From assembly GCA_004431415.1 (NCBI GenBank), contig QPMI01000145.1, positions 1 through 64,000 of the forward strand: a stretch of DNA of 64,000 nucleotides, in the 5' to 3' direction. A program made the position numbers and the translations under genes. The notes under the pieces were generated by a model. The model did no database searches, had not been told where the DNA came from, and saw only the letters and a list, made by a program, of their open reading frames with translations. Origin of the DNA: Cyanophora paradoxa CCMP329 (taxonomy: Eukaryota > Plantae > Glaucophyta). The first letter of the stretch is position 1. Each line of letters opens with the position of its first letter. This document shows, one piece after another, positions 12,301-23,919 of this stretch.

Positions 12301-14300
12301 AGATCCCGTCCCGCCTTGGCCGCCGCCTCCACCGCCGCTCTGGTAGCCGCCCTGCCACCGCCGCGATGGCCACCACGGTGCCCGCCGCCTCCTGCGCCGC
12401 CAGCACCACCATCGGGGCCACGCTTCGGGGACGGACCGTGTGGGGGACCGCCGTCGTGCTGGCGCTTGCCACTGGGGCAGCGGTTCTGCGTGTGACCCTC
12501 CCCTCCGCAGTTGTAGCAGCGCACCGGCTTCGTGCACGCCGACGCGTGGTGGCCGTGCTCGCCGCAGTTCCTGCAAGGGGCGGTTTGTAGCTGCGCCGGA
12601 GCGACGGGTACAGAGTTCGACGGCGGGGGACCGCGTTGTAGGACGGTGCCTGCGGGCCGCCAGGGATGAGGCCGCAGAGGCGGGCCGCAGCCAGGACCTC
12701 GGGGTCTTGGCAGCCTTGGTTGACGAATTTGAGTAGTTCCCGACGGTACGGGTGAGAGCAACACTCGTGGTAGTCGTCAGAGTAGTGATGGATGTCCGCG
12801 GCTCCCAACGACCGACAACGTGTGCAAATGTGATCGTTGGTGCCGGGCCTCACCCTCGGGCGCGCGTCGCGCGGGTAGCCCTGGCTCGTACGGATCGCCG
12901 TGACCGTCTGCGTACGGGCGTAATCGTAGGGGCGGCCGATGGGCGGGCGATTGCCGTAGTCCTTCCCGGGCACCGGTGCGTGCCAGTCGCAGCAGCCGGG
13001 GACGGGCTTGTGGCCCGGCGCCGGCTGCTGGGGCGCGGGGAGGGCGGATTGGTAGATCGGATTGGTTGTCGGCGGGTCGACGGCGTCGTGTGGACGAGAT
13101 TGACCGAAGAGCCGAGTAACTGCGAGTGCGGGGCCGAGGGCGCAGGGGACGACGAAGGCGGTGGGTGTACGGAGTGCCGCTGTACGGCGCCGTGTACCCG
13201 TCGTCGCCATCGTTGTCGTAATCGTACCCGTCGACGTTCGCCGCGTTGATGCTGGCGCCCTTCTTCGAATTCCCAGTAGGAATCGAGGGCTCCCCAGCAG
13301 TCGTCGTCACAATCAGAAAGCCCGCCTCCCGAATGAGCGACTGCGCACGAGTGCAGAAGAGGTTAAACCAGGTCTCCTTGTCCTTGGGAGTCATCCCATC
13401 GGTCGGCGACAGGTCCTGCGCCATCGTCTTCAGCTTCGGCAGTAGATTCAGCGCCAGGTCGTAATTGGCCTTGCGCTGCTGCTCGTACGGGAGGCCGGAG
13501 TACAGGCCGTGGTGTAGCGTCTTGCGCTCCGTGATCTGCTGCTCGAGCGTGTCATAGACGTCCAGCGCCTGCACAGTGTGGCCCGTCTTGTCACGCGGCA
13601 GGTCAGTGAACGCGATGAGGTCACAGATGTTGGCGAAAATACGGTCCAGTTGAGTGCCATCGTACGCCGCGATGAGCTCCTCCTTGAGACGCTTGCGCTC
13701 AGCGGGGTCAATCATGCGAACGAGGCTCTTAATGTACGAGGGGACGCCGCGAATAATGTCCGAGGGCATCTCAGCCCGGAGTTTGTCGACGACGGCCTGT
13801 CGCGTCTGGACGGCCTTCTGCGCCGCCTCCTTGGCCGCCTCCTCCGTAGCCGTCGCGAGTGTCGCCTTCGCCTTCGTGAGCTCGCTCTCTGCGTCGACGA
13901 GGTTTTCGACGAGAGACCGGTGCAACTCGACCGTCGAACGGTAGACTTCCGTTAGTCCGCCGGCAGCGAACGGACACCGAAATCGACGGCGTGGTACGCC
14001 GCCTGCGAACCGTCGTCCAGCAGGGAGTACTTCTTGTCTCCGCGAGTAGCCGAACGGATGGCGTTGTGATGTTGGAAGACGCCGTTGGGCGAGACGGGAA
14101 TCCCGGTGGTGTGGCCCATCTTGCCGTCCTCCATCTTGATCGCCTGCGGCGGCTCCGCGCCCATGACCCGCCGGCGCGCGATCTCCTCGGCGTGCGCCGC
14201 TGCGACTCGGGCCGTGCGGTTGAGCATTGTCAGTTGGCCGGGGGAAGGTCGGGCCATCTCGCCGGAAGTCATGCCTTCGCGCTCCATCACGCGGTCGTTC
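12300..14300 (-). CDS. gag: Gag-like region: coiled coil, helical capsid-like domain, Cys/His segment, two CCHC zinc knuckles, Gly-rich tail (split over several frames)
   Basis: ORFs 13952-14383, 12777-14408, 12299-13210 and 12099-12764 chain through frame changes. CRNCGEHGHHASAC and CYNCGGEGHTQNRC (Cx2Cx4Hx4C) lie at 12477-12575, followed by an RGG/Gly-rich tail. Confidence 0.8.
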
Positions 14301-14669
14301 GACGTAGACGTTGCCGTCGGGCCGCGACCGCAGTACGGTACGCGAGCTGGCCCGTGACCGTCGTTCGAGTCGGACCGCCGCAACCGATCCCCGATGCGCG
14401 CGCGGCACGAACGATGAGCCAGGGAGCTAGCCGATGCCGCGGTACGGCGGGCTGCTCCCCAACTGCGCGAGTGAGCGGCGGAGGCGCGTCCGAAGCTTCG
14501 AGAAGGGAAGCGTCGGCGGCGAGGCGGGTCAGCGGAGTGCGTCCGCCAGTAGCGGTGCTCTCCGAAAGCGTCAAGCGTTCGCCTCCTCGTAGTCCAGCGG
14601 GTTCACGCTCGCGGCCAACGGACGTGCGCAGCAAGTCCGTCAGCTGGCGTGCGCTGGTCCCGGCGAGGA

Positions 14670-14967
14670 TGTTTTAGGAGGTTTTATACGTCCCAGTAGA
14701 CCTTAGCAACCTTCCCGTAGCGTACCAGCAGCAGGCGAGCAGGCTGTCACGTTGCAAGAGAAAGCTGCTAATCACAGACTACTGTGTACCCTAGGACACG
14801 GCTACCGGAAAGTATCAAGCTAGAGTCAGAAAAAGTAGCTAGGGTCGCATCTTCGTACAGGGGTACAGTGACTCAGGAAATCGCGAGAAGCCGCGGGTCA
14901 AGTCACGGTACTACTGCGAACGAAGTGCAAACAAAGCACTAACGGCTAGGAAACCCTATCGGCAACA
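14670..14967 (-). repeat. Candidate 5' LTR
   Basis: AT-richer non-coding block upstream of gag. The right end GGCAACA (14961-14967) reads TGTTGCC on the minus strand. The left end is either TGTT at 14670 (TGTT...AACA, 298 bp) or TGTCAC at 14745 (223 bp). The second LTR is not in the window and no canonical PBS was recognised. Confidence 0.55.
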
Positions 14968-15943
14968 GTCCTGCGGGCACCGTTCTCGCTTTAAAAAGTT
15001 TTTGGTTACACGCTTGATCGTCTTGCGGCCGGCCGCCGTCCTTTTATATATAATTAGTCGTGGGTTTAGGTAATTATATGTATAAGGCGGGCGGAGGGGC
15101 GGGAGCTCGAGGGGTAGGGGCCACGGGACGCGAGCGTTTGGAGTCAGGGACTGGCCCGGGAAGAGCGTCAGCTGCTCGTTTGCGTGGAGAGGGGGACGGG
15201 CACGCGCGCTTGGGGGAAGGGGCAAGGGGGGGAGCGGGACGTTTGGACGGTTGCAAGAAGGGGTTGGACCCTGAGGACGGGGTGGGCAGGGTGCTGGCCG
15301 CTAGGCTCTCGTTTAGCTTTATAATTAGCGTCTACTGTTCTGCTGTCTGAGGGACCGGGGCTGCAAGCGTGCGGCCCGCGAAGAATTGAGGGTTGCGTGC
15401 AATTGATGGGAGGAGGACGCAACCGGCGGAGAGGCGGGGTGGAGGCGGAGAGGACGCAACCGGCGGATATCGATGGTTTTTTTGCAAATGGTATTGTGAA
15501 GGGAGGGGGGGGGAGAGGGCGGGGGAGGGGGGGAGGGGGGGCCGGGGAGGGCGGGGACCCGGCTTCCGCTTCCGCTGCGAAATCTACGTTTGGTCCTATC
15601 GGTGATGCCTTGTCGGATTTCCCAGGAATGGTTGCGGGCGCATCGGTCCGACGGTCCCTCCAGATTGCTCGGAGATATTGGTCGAGTAGCAGCGCGAGGT
15701 CTTTTTGGATGGATGAAGTGGTGGTCTTGTTGATGCCCAGGGCTGTGCAGAAGGTGTGCTGTGGGCGCAGGAGGGCTGGGGCGGGGAAGGGGAGTATTTT
15801 CCGTGTCGCATCGGGAAGGCCGATGGGGCGAAAGAGAGCCGGTTTTGCATTGGGGGAAAGAAGGGCCCTCGGCGGGGCCTTAATTGAATTCGCCGATCCT
15901 TGCAGATCTTAACCGCTGCTTGAGCTTGCTTGCGCAAGTACAT
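14968..15943 (-). CDS. Possible multi-exon host gene fragment, apparently interrupted by the retrotransposon
   Basis: Exon-like blocks MYLRKQAQAAVKICKDR (from 15943) and ALGINKTTTSSIQKDLALLLDQYLRAIWR after a TGCACAG acceptor. An acceptor-like CCCGCAG ends 3 nt before the LTR start. No product recognised. Confidence 0.35.
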
Positions 15944-16364
15944 ACCGGGGCGCGACAATTTAAAGACCGCAGACCTTAGCGCATCGCGGGTCAGGCACGA
16001 AGTTGCGCACGCACCACGCGCGCGCACTGTTAAATCGTCGGTCCTTAAATCGTCGGCCCCTCTTCAAATGAATTAATGAAAAACAAAAGCGATTCATTAG
16101 CGCATCGCGTGCGCGCGGTTCAGGCCATTCGTGCACGCGCGAAACAAAGAAGTTCACGAACGAACACGATCAGGAGCGCTCCTGCCTCGGTCGTATTGCA
16201 ATGCATGCATTTCGGTCATGCACACGAATTTCCCCTATCCCCTGTTCCGATCATGAAAACAGTACAGCGCCCGCCATCGCGCACTGCCCACGCCGTGACG
16301 GGCGCTTGGCCGATTTCGAAGGATCAGTGCAATATATTAATGAAGAAGAATACAGTGACTGCGT

Positions 16365-19300
16365 TCACCAGTCAAAATCACTATCACTGCCATATTGCCC
16401 TGCTCGTATGCGTGTCGATATGAGCTTTCCCTTCTTGATGGCATCGCGCCTTTTTTCAACCCTGCTCTGCTTCACAAACCGCGCATGCGCCGCCACCGAC
16501 GCTGGCAGCTGCAGGCGGGCGATGTCCGAGGAAGCCCAGCCCCCGAGGCGGAGCACGCGGAGGACCGGGCCGACGGAGAGCAGCTTGTTTGCAGGAACGT
16601 TGCCGTTGAGGCTGACGTAATATGCGGAGGGCACATTGAGGCTGAGGTCTTGCAGCTTGCGGTTTGCGGAGACGGAGACGGTCGTGACTGACGGGCTGGA
16701 GAGCTCGATGGAGCTAAGCGTCGGGCAGGCCATGAAGGCGACCGACTTGAGCGAGGCGGCCCCGTGAAGTGAGACGCGCGAGAGGGGCGCCACGCGTACG
16801 AGCTCCAGGGACGCGAGTTGCGGGACAGCGTCGAGGAGAGCATCTGCGCATGCACAGAGAAGAGGGTCAAAAGTTTGAATTGATCATTCTGCAGTTCTAT
16901 ATAACATGCAAGAACATTTTGAATACTGATACATAAGTTGCAAGAACAATTTGAATATGCATGCCGCACTTGAGAAGTTATAACAAGACGGGGCCAGATG
17001 GGACTGGCGAAGGGACAGGGTGCGAAGGTTGGGAAGAGCGCGAATCGTGGATGCTCCAAATACCCCGCAGCCCAAAACACTCAAGTGCTCGCATTCCGGA
17101 AGGCCCAGCACCAATTCCGCAGTCATGTGGTCCATGTTAGACTGACAGTCTTCAAAGCGCAGCCTGCATTGATCTGTGTCGCATGCAAAAGCCATCGCAT
17201 GCATTAAAAAGAGCTCATGATCAATCAATATAATTTGCAATTGAACGGAAAAGATGCACGGAAATTGATTTGTAGAGATTTCAGGCCTGTTGGAAGAACT
17301 CGAGAGAAGTCGACGTGACGCGGGGCCAAACCGCTGATCGGCTCAGAGAAGCGAAGTGACTTCAGGTTCGGGCAGTCGTTCTTCAGGATAAGGAGGTCTT
17401 CCATGGTGAGCGCAGAGCGAACAGCGTCGAGATTTCTAAGCGTCTTTGACTGCAGCTGGCGTGCCAGCCATCGTGAAAACACGTCTCCTTTGCTAAAAAT
17501 AACCGAGATTGAATTAACGGCCGAAATAAAAATCACGAAGTAATCAAATAATCTATTTGCACACCGATTGGAAAGGACGAGAGTCTCAATCGGAGCGCTC
17601 CTCATCAGCGGAGCCAGCTTAAGCCTTCCAAGTGAGGCCGGCTTCCCGCGCGTCCCGGAAACGTCGAGATAACGGAGCGAAGTGCAGCGCTGTAAGGGAG
17701 ACAAGTCCATGTTCTCGAACTCGCTTCCAGAAAGTACCAGATGCTTGAGGCTGCTCCCCTGAACAAAACTGAGTTTTGAGACGAGTGCCTGAATTTTGCA
17801 GAAATTAGCACAGCAAATTAAATGCAGTGTTAGCACACAAATGCGTACTTGGATTGCGTTTTTCGCGGTCTGCGGGGCCGTTCGAAGATAGAGTGGAGCT
17901 CCAACCGAATAAGAGTGAACTTGGCCTAGCCAGGATCCAATCTCGATGGAGATTGCAATTGATTCAAATCTATTTCCAGAAAACTGCAGATTTTCGATGC
18001 GCTCAATGAGAAGCCGTTGCTGGTCGGCTTGTCGTAGCAGCATCTGCAATAAGAAGCCCACAAAACGGCGGAGATCGGCTTTGATTTTCGCCTGCTCCTG
18101 GAGTTTCCGCGCCTGCAGCTGCATCTGCTGCTGCAGCTGCTGCTTTTGCTCCCGCTGCGCATGCTTGCTACGAGCCGGCTGCATCTGTAAATGCGCGCTC
18201 TCACGTCAGACATTGCTATGCGATTGCGTGCACGTGGAAGTACTAGTACTGCGCACCGGTACCGGTATTACTTGCTTGGCTTTTTCATCGCTGTCGTGTA
18301 TTTGAGCAGACACTGCAATGGACCGCAGAGAAGGCGAAATCGAATAAATGACTTTCTTCCACACGTTGGGGCGGATTCGACTTTGGATATGTGCCGAAAG
18401 ATCGAAGTTTGGAGCCCTTGACCGGCGAGACGGTGCGGATAAATGCGCCGTGTAGACAGCGAGGCTGCCGTTCCAGACGAGGGGGTCGCACACCAGCTCG
18501 AGCCACCCTCGCGACACTTGCGCAGCCACGATCCGGTCGAAGGAAGGCAGGATAGAAAATATGCGGACAAAAATATCGTTCGGCAAGTCGTTGATGCATA
18601 AGTGCTGCTGCCTGCCGTGGGATCGCGATCCCGGCTTTGATGTACTTTGCGACGTCGACGTCGACGGGCCGCGGCCGCTCGTGAGACCAGTACTGGAAGC
18701 TGCGTGATCGGGATCCACGTTCGAGCACACAGAAATTTGCATGTCCCCAGAGACTGCGACTGATTCCGGCTGGCTCTCTTGCTGCTGCAAGTGCAATTCA
18801 TGAGCCTTTGCTGGGGCGCCGCGGCCGTCCGCAGGCTGCCATGTCGGACGCCAGGTCGTATTCCTTTCGTTTCGATCTCCAGCCTGCAACTTTAACTACG
18901 CATACGTGGAAATTACAGAACGGAAGCGTAGCAAAGGATGGGTTCGACTCACTGGAAGCTTAAGGGAACTGTCGCTTTTGGGCGACTGGAATGTTTGGGC
19001 GAGAGTCCCAATGTGGTGACGAATCCAGTTCAGATCAATATTAATTGGCGATTGGCTGTCCGGCTCTTGTTCGAACATCTTCTCGATCTGATCATGATGA
19101 TCAGCTGCTTTTAAATCTTGCGAGATAAAACGATATTATTATCTACGCAGTTCAATTTAATCTATTTTTGAGTCCCCGTATATTTACGCGCGATCACCTG
19201 GCGAAGGGCGAATTTGAAGGCGTTGAACGAAACGCCGTCGGGAAGTTTGCGCGAGCTCGTCGCCAGCAACGAAATAACCTCCACGAAATCATCGCAACCG

Positions 19301-19785
19301 AGGACTCCGCCCCCGCTGCAGAGCAGAGCCGCCGCGAGCTCGACCGAACGCTGGAGTGGGGCACCCGAGTGGGGATTGCTGATGACTCCCGGCGACGGCT
19401 GCATGCTCGCCAGCTGCGCCATCTTGACACCTACAACACTGAAACTGCGCACATGCGCGCTAATTGATAAGCAATTGCAATCATGAAGTACTCGAGGCAT
19501 TGACGTATTCCCACCCTTGAGCAATAAAACGTGCTGGAATGTCGCTCCCGTAGCTGCCAACGAGATCCGTCAGCTTTCGCGCCGCCTCCAGAACGTCCAT
19601 CGCGCGCGGGCATCGCTGCGGACATCGGAAACCGAATCAGGTTTTAAGTTTGATCGGGAAAACGTCTCTGCCTCCGATTCGCCCGCGCGGCATCGCACCG
19701 CCTCGAAGGGCTTGCCGACGCGCCCGATGCAGCACGCGTCGAAGAGGGCGTCCCGCGCTCGCTCGAGCTCTTCGATTTCTGCCAT
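16365..19785 (-). CDS. F-box / leucine-rich-repeat protein (multi-exon)
   Basis: F-box INDLPNDIFVRIFSILPSFDRIVAAQVSRGWLELVCDPLVW (about 18475-18600). LRR-like segments LKHLVLSGS, LRYLDVSGT, CPNLKSLRF and CPTLSSIELSS. Start and 5' exons are approximate. Confidence 0.75.
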
Positions 19786-20676
19786 ATATGGACCGGCCGG
19801 GCGGGCGCCGCGGCGGAGCGCGCGCGCCTTCCGAAGTTTGCGCTCCGGTATCGATATATATGGCCAGCGTCGATCTGTATAACGTTAACTTCGATTATTG
19901 ATCATGAATTCGCCTAGGCCTCTAGCTCATGATCATGATCATTTCTCATCTCCCCTTGATTGATTCTCCCGATCATGATTATCCCCTCTAGATCTTAGAT
20001 TATGATGAGGTCGTCGTTCAGCGGCTCGCTGCAGCTGGAACGTTTAACTTCCCCTTGCAATTGTTCCTCGAGCATCCCCCCTCCCTCCACCCCCCCCCCC
20101 CTCCACCTCTAGATCTCCCCCCCTCCCCCTCCGCAGATCTAGAAGAATGCGATCGTCGGAGAACACTCCGCGGCGCTGCGTGCATAAAGTCAACTGCGGT
20201 CAACAATCGCTTTATTCATGGGCGTGTGCTGCCAGCTAGTGCTGAAGATGAAGCGCTCTGGCCACCAAAATCGATACGGCAGCCGATAACGCCGCGCCAA
20301 CGAGGGAGGAGACGCGTACGCCCGCGACGGTGGCCGACGAGACTTCGAAGTTGTACAGAGGGCGCGGAGCAGCAGCACTTGACGCGACTTTCTCGGGGGT
20401 CCAGACAAAAGCCTGCGAGCATGTGCGTTTATTGTCAGTGTTTCGCCAGCAGAAGATTTGGGGGGGGGGGGGGGGGGGGCCGGGGGGTTGGGGTTAATGA
20501 GTTTCGCACGTTCAGAAGAGTGAAGGTCGTCTGATCATGGAAAGCGATGCGCGTAAATGAGAACACGAATTGTAAATAAATGACGAGAGGGAACATCAAA
20601 CGCACGAAAGAGCCGGAAGGGCTGCTGAACCCGAAAAAGCTGGAGGGGGCGGGGCGCCGCGGGGCCACATGTACAG

Positions 20677-23600
20677 CTACGTGGGGGAGGGGGAGCCCCG
20701 CGCGCCGCGGGCGGAGCGCGAGGAGCGGGGCCCGATGCGCCCCGAGAGGTTCGAGGCGGCCGCCCCGAAGACGCCGGGCTTGAGCAGGCCGGCCCGCGCC
20801 AGGGCCGCCTCCAGATCGAACTCCTTCCCCGCCGCCGCCGCCTCCGCCTTCCACTGCGTCACCTGCCGCCCGCGCGCCCAGGCCGAGCCCGAAGGTCAAG
20901 ACAGGCCAGAGGAAGGCGGCGGGGGCGGCGGGGGCGGGGGCGCGCCTGGACGAAGGCGCCGAGGCGCTCCTCCCGCGCCTCGCGCGCCCGCAGCACCGAC
21001 TTCCACCGCAGCTGCGCGCGCCCGGCGTTCAGGCGCGTCCGGGAGCCGGGCGCAGAGGCTCGGCTGGCAAGGGGGCCGGCGGCTCGCCTGGAGGCGGTAG
21101 GCGGCGCCCTCGATGGCGTCCCGGAAGTGCTCGGCCTGCAGCGCCGCGAGGTACCTAGGTGGCGAGGCGCAGGCGCGGCGAGGCTCAGAAAGAGGCCTCG
21201 AAGATGAAGGGCGGGCGGCCCTCGATCTGGAGAGGCCGCCGGGCGGGCGGGCGGGCGGGCGGGCGGGGCGGACCGCCGGGCGACGCTCTGGAGCAAGACG
21301 ACGGAGTGCATTCGGTAGTCCACCTCCCTGCGGAGACGGGGAGGGTCGAGGGGGGGGGGGAGTGCGGGGGGAGTGTGGGGGGGGGATTGTGTGTGTGGGG
21401 GGTGAGGGGCGCCACGCACTTGCGGGCCGTCCGGGCCGTCTGCATGCGCCGGTACGTCTTCTGGATCTGCAGAGACGGGGCGCGGCTCAGGTGGGGGAGA
21501 GTGGAGGGGGTACAATTAATTTTCACTGGTGGGTGGGTGGGGGGTACGGCACCTTGGCGGCGGAATCGCGCTCGGCGGCGCGCTTCTCGGTCAGCTTCAG
21601 CTTAATGGTCTTTTTCCAGCGGGTCTGGTGGAGGGGGGTACGTGTTTAAAAAGGAGCGCGCGGGCGGGGCCGGGCGCCGGCGCGGGGGGACGTCAGTCAG
21701 GGCGCACCATCATCAGCCAGGCCTTCAGGCGCTTGACGATCTGCCGAGGCGGGTCCGGTACCGGTCGGCGCTGGGCGAGGATGCCGAGGGGGGGGGGGGG
21801 GGGGGGGAAGGGAGAGGGGGGGGTGGGGTGGGTGGGGGGGGGGGAGCAAATGCCGACCCGCTTCATCTTGAGGAGGCGGATCCAGAATTTGGAGCGGAAC
21901 TTCTTCCACGCCTTCTGGATCCGCGTCGCCGCCCATATTCGCAGCTGCAGCCCCGCCCGCCCCGCCGCCGTCGGCCCCAAGAGAAGGGAAGGGAGGGGAA
22001 GGGGGGAAGGGGGGGGAGAGGGGGGGCCGAACCTCGCGGTGGGCGTGGAGCTTCTTGAGGAGGCGCCAGGCGCGCTGCCGGCGGACCAGCGCCTGCACCT
22101 TCGTCGCCGCCCGCGCCCGCTTCCGCATGAAGTACAGCCTGCGCGCCCGGGCCGGCCGCGTCGGTCGGGCGGGCGGGCGGGGGGCGGGCGCACGCCCCGC
22201 GGGCGCGGCGGGCCGGGCAGGCCGGGCGGGGCCGGGCCGCACCGCCACTGCTGCCAGGAGGATCGCCAGACGGCCTGCGGTGCGGGGCCCGCCGGATCGG
22301 CGTCGGGGACTCGGCGAGCCGGGCCGGGCCGGGCCGGGCCGGGCCGGGCCGGGCCGGGCCGCACCTGCAGGATCGTCGCTGCGATGTTCCGCACGTGCGC
22401 TCGCGCCTGCGCGGCGCCGCGGCGCGGAGCGGCCCCTAGGTCAGCCCGCGCGAGCCGGGCGGCGGCAGGGCGCCCGGTGCAGAGCGGTGGGCGCACCGCC
22501 ATGTGGACTTCGTGCGCCGTGGGCCGCTTGGCGCGCTCCAGTTTCCCGGCGTCGGGCTGCCCGCCCCGCCCGCCTCAGAACGGGGCGGAGCGGAGGGGTC
22601 GGGGGAGGGGGAGGGAGGGGTGTCGGGGGAGAGGGAGGAGGGGGAGGGGGGAAGGAGCGAGGGGGGGGGTTACCTGGAACTCCATGATGCGGCAGGAGGA
22701 GCAGTTGATGGAGGGGTGCCGCCGCGACCGAAGCCCCAAGTCCCGCTTCTGCGCGGGCCACGGGAGGGGAGAGTCAGCGGGGGCGACGGCCGCGGCGCCA
22801 GGCAAAGGTCGAGGGGGGGGGGGGGGGATCGGGCAGGGGCTACGGCGCGGCGCGGCAAGCGGCTCGCCTCGCGGATCTCGTAGCGGAGCTCCATGCGGTG
22901 CATCGCGCGGTGCGCGCGCTCCGCCAGCTGCTTCATCGACTTCAGCCGCTGCGGGGGGCACGCGCACGCCCGCGGTGAGGAGGCGCACGAAGGGGGGGGG
23001 GGGGGGGGGCAGATCGAAGGCGGTCGTACCCACATGGTGCGCTCGGCCTCCCAGCGCTTGATGGCCTCTATGGCGAGCACGGAGCGGTCCGAGGCGGAGG
23101 TGCGGAGGAAAGGCGGGGACGAGGAGGTCGCCCCGGGGGAGTCCCACGCGCGCGGCGGCAGCGGGCCCCGCAGGTGGGCCGGAGGGGGGGGGGAGAGGAA
23201 GCCGCCGCTGGTGTAGGGGCGGGAGGGGAGGGGCGAGGGCGTTCGGGAGAGCGCGCCGGAGGTAGAGGCGCGGCGGAGGGCGGGGGAGGGGGGGGACAGC
23301 AGCTCGTCGTCGGGCTCGGGGCTGTGCGGTCCGTCCTCGCCGATCGCCGTGTAGGGCCGGCCGAGCGGCGCGGGAAACGGGTCGCTGTCGGGGGTACCGG
23401 AATCGCCGGAGCGCCCGGAGGCGGCGCGGGAGCGGCCGCGCTGCTGGAAGATCGGGCTGCTCGAGACGCGCCGCATCTCGTCCACCAGCAGCGACCGCAT
23501 GTCCGCCTTCCTGCGCGCCGTCTTCGGCGATGGCTCGACGGTCGGCGAGAGCGCCGGGATCCTGCGGGGAACTCGCGTCGGCGCAGCGAAAGCGGCGGCG

Positions 23601-23919
23601 GAAGCGAAAGCGCGGCTGGGGGTCGGGCGAACGGGCTCCGCGCCGCCTGGCCTTTCCTGAGGAGCGCGACGAGCTCTGTCATGCGCTTGGGCCTGCTGCC
23701 GTCCCCGGGGTCGTCCCCCCGGCCGCCTGCGCACCGCGGAGGTCAGGTCCGAATCAAGCTTCGCGCGTCGGGCCGACTTTCGGGGGCGCAGCTAACGAAG
23801 CCGAAAGCATTCGGTAAGCTACGGGGACGCGCACGGTCATCAAAGCGCGTCCGCGGCCGAGGGTCGAGTTCCTGCGGCAACAATAGCTGGAGCTCGGGCT
23901 TCTTCCCCAGCGGCGGCAT
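20677..23919 (-). CDS. IQ (calmodulin-binding) motif protein with Pro/Ser-rich N-terminus (multi-exon)
   Basis: Exons encode AATILQ|AVWRS, AATKVQALVRRQRAWR, AATRIQKAWKKFRSK and IQKTYRRMQTAR. ATG at 23919 (MPPLGKKP). Introns are GC-rich and low-complexity. Confidence 0.65.

Larger units (their letters stand above)
1..14967 (-). mobile_element. Giant Ty3/gypsy-like LTR retrotransposon, 5' portion (RT, RNase H, integrase and 3' LTR presumably lie left of the window)
   Basis: Intron-free coding DNA on one strand in the order LTR-like end (TGTTG on minus at 14967), gag with 2 CCHC knuckles, long insert, retropepsin DTG/LLG, dUTPase-like spacer, pre-RT helix QLQNLLTQRQHCFA at about 15-57. There is an abrupt change to intron-rich host DNA right of 14967. 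Confidence 0.85.

Noticed and set aside
14455-14470. Alternative LTR end plus PBS (minus strand CA-GT-TGGGGAGCAGCCC)
   Set aside because: It does not match a tRNA 3' end I recognise and lies in GC-rich coding-like sequence.
15062-15070. GGGTTTAGG telomere-like word near the insertion site
   Set aside because: Single copy, no array.
21529-23061. Long plus-strand ORFs (510 aa here; also 46151-47429 and 53614-55239)
   Set aside because: Low-complexity Gly/Arg/Ala antisense ORFs over minus-strand genes, produced by stop-codon scarcity at high GC.
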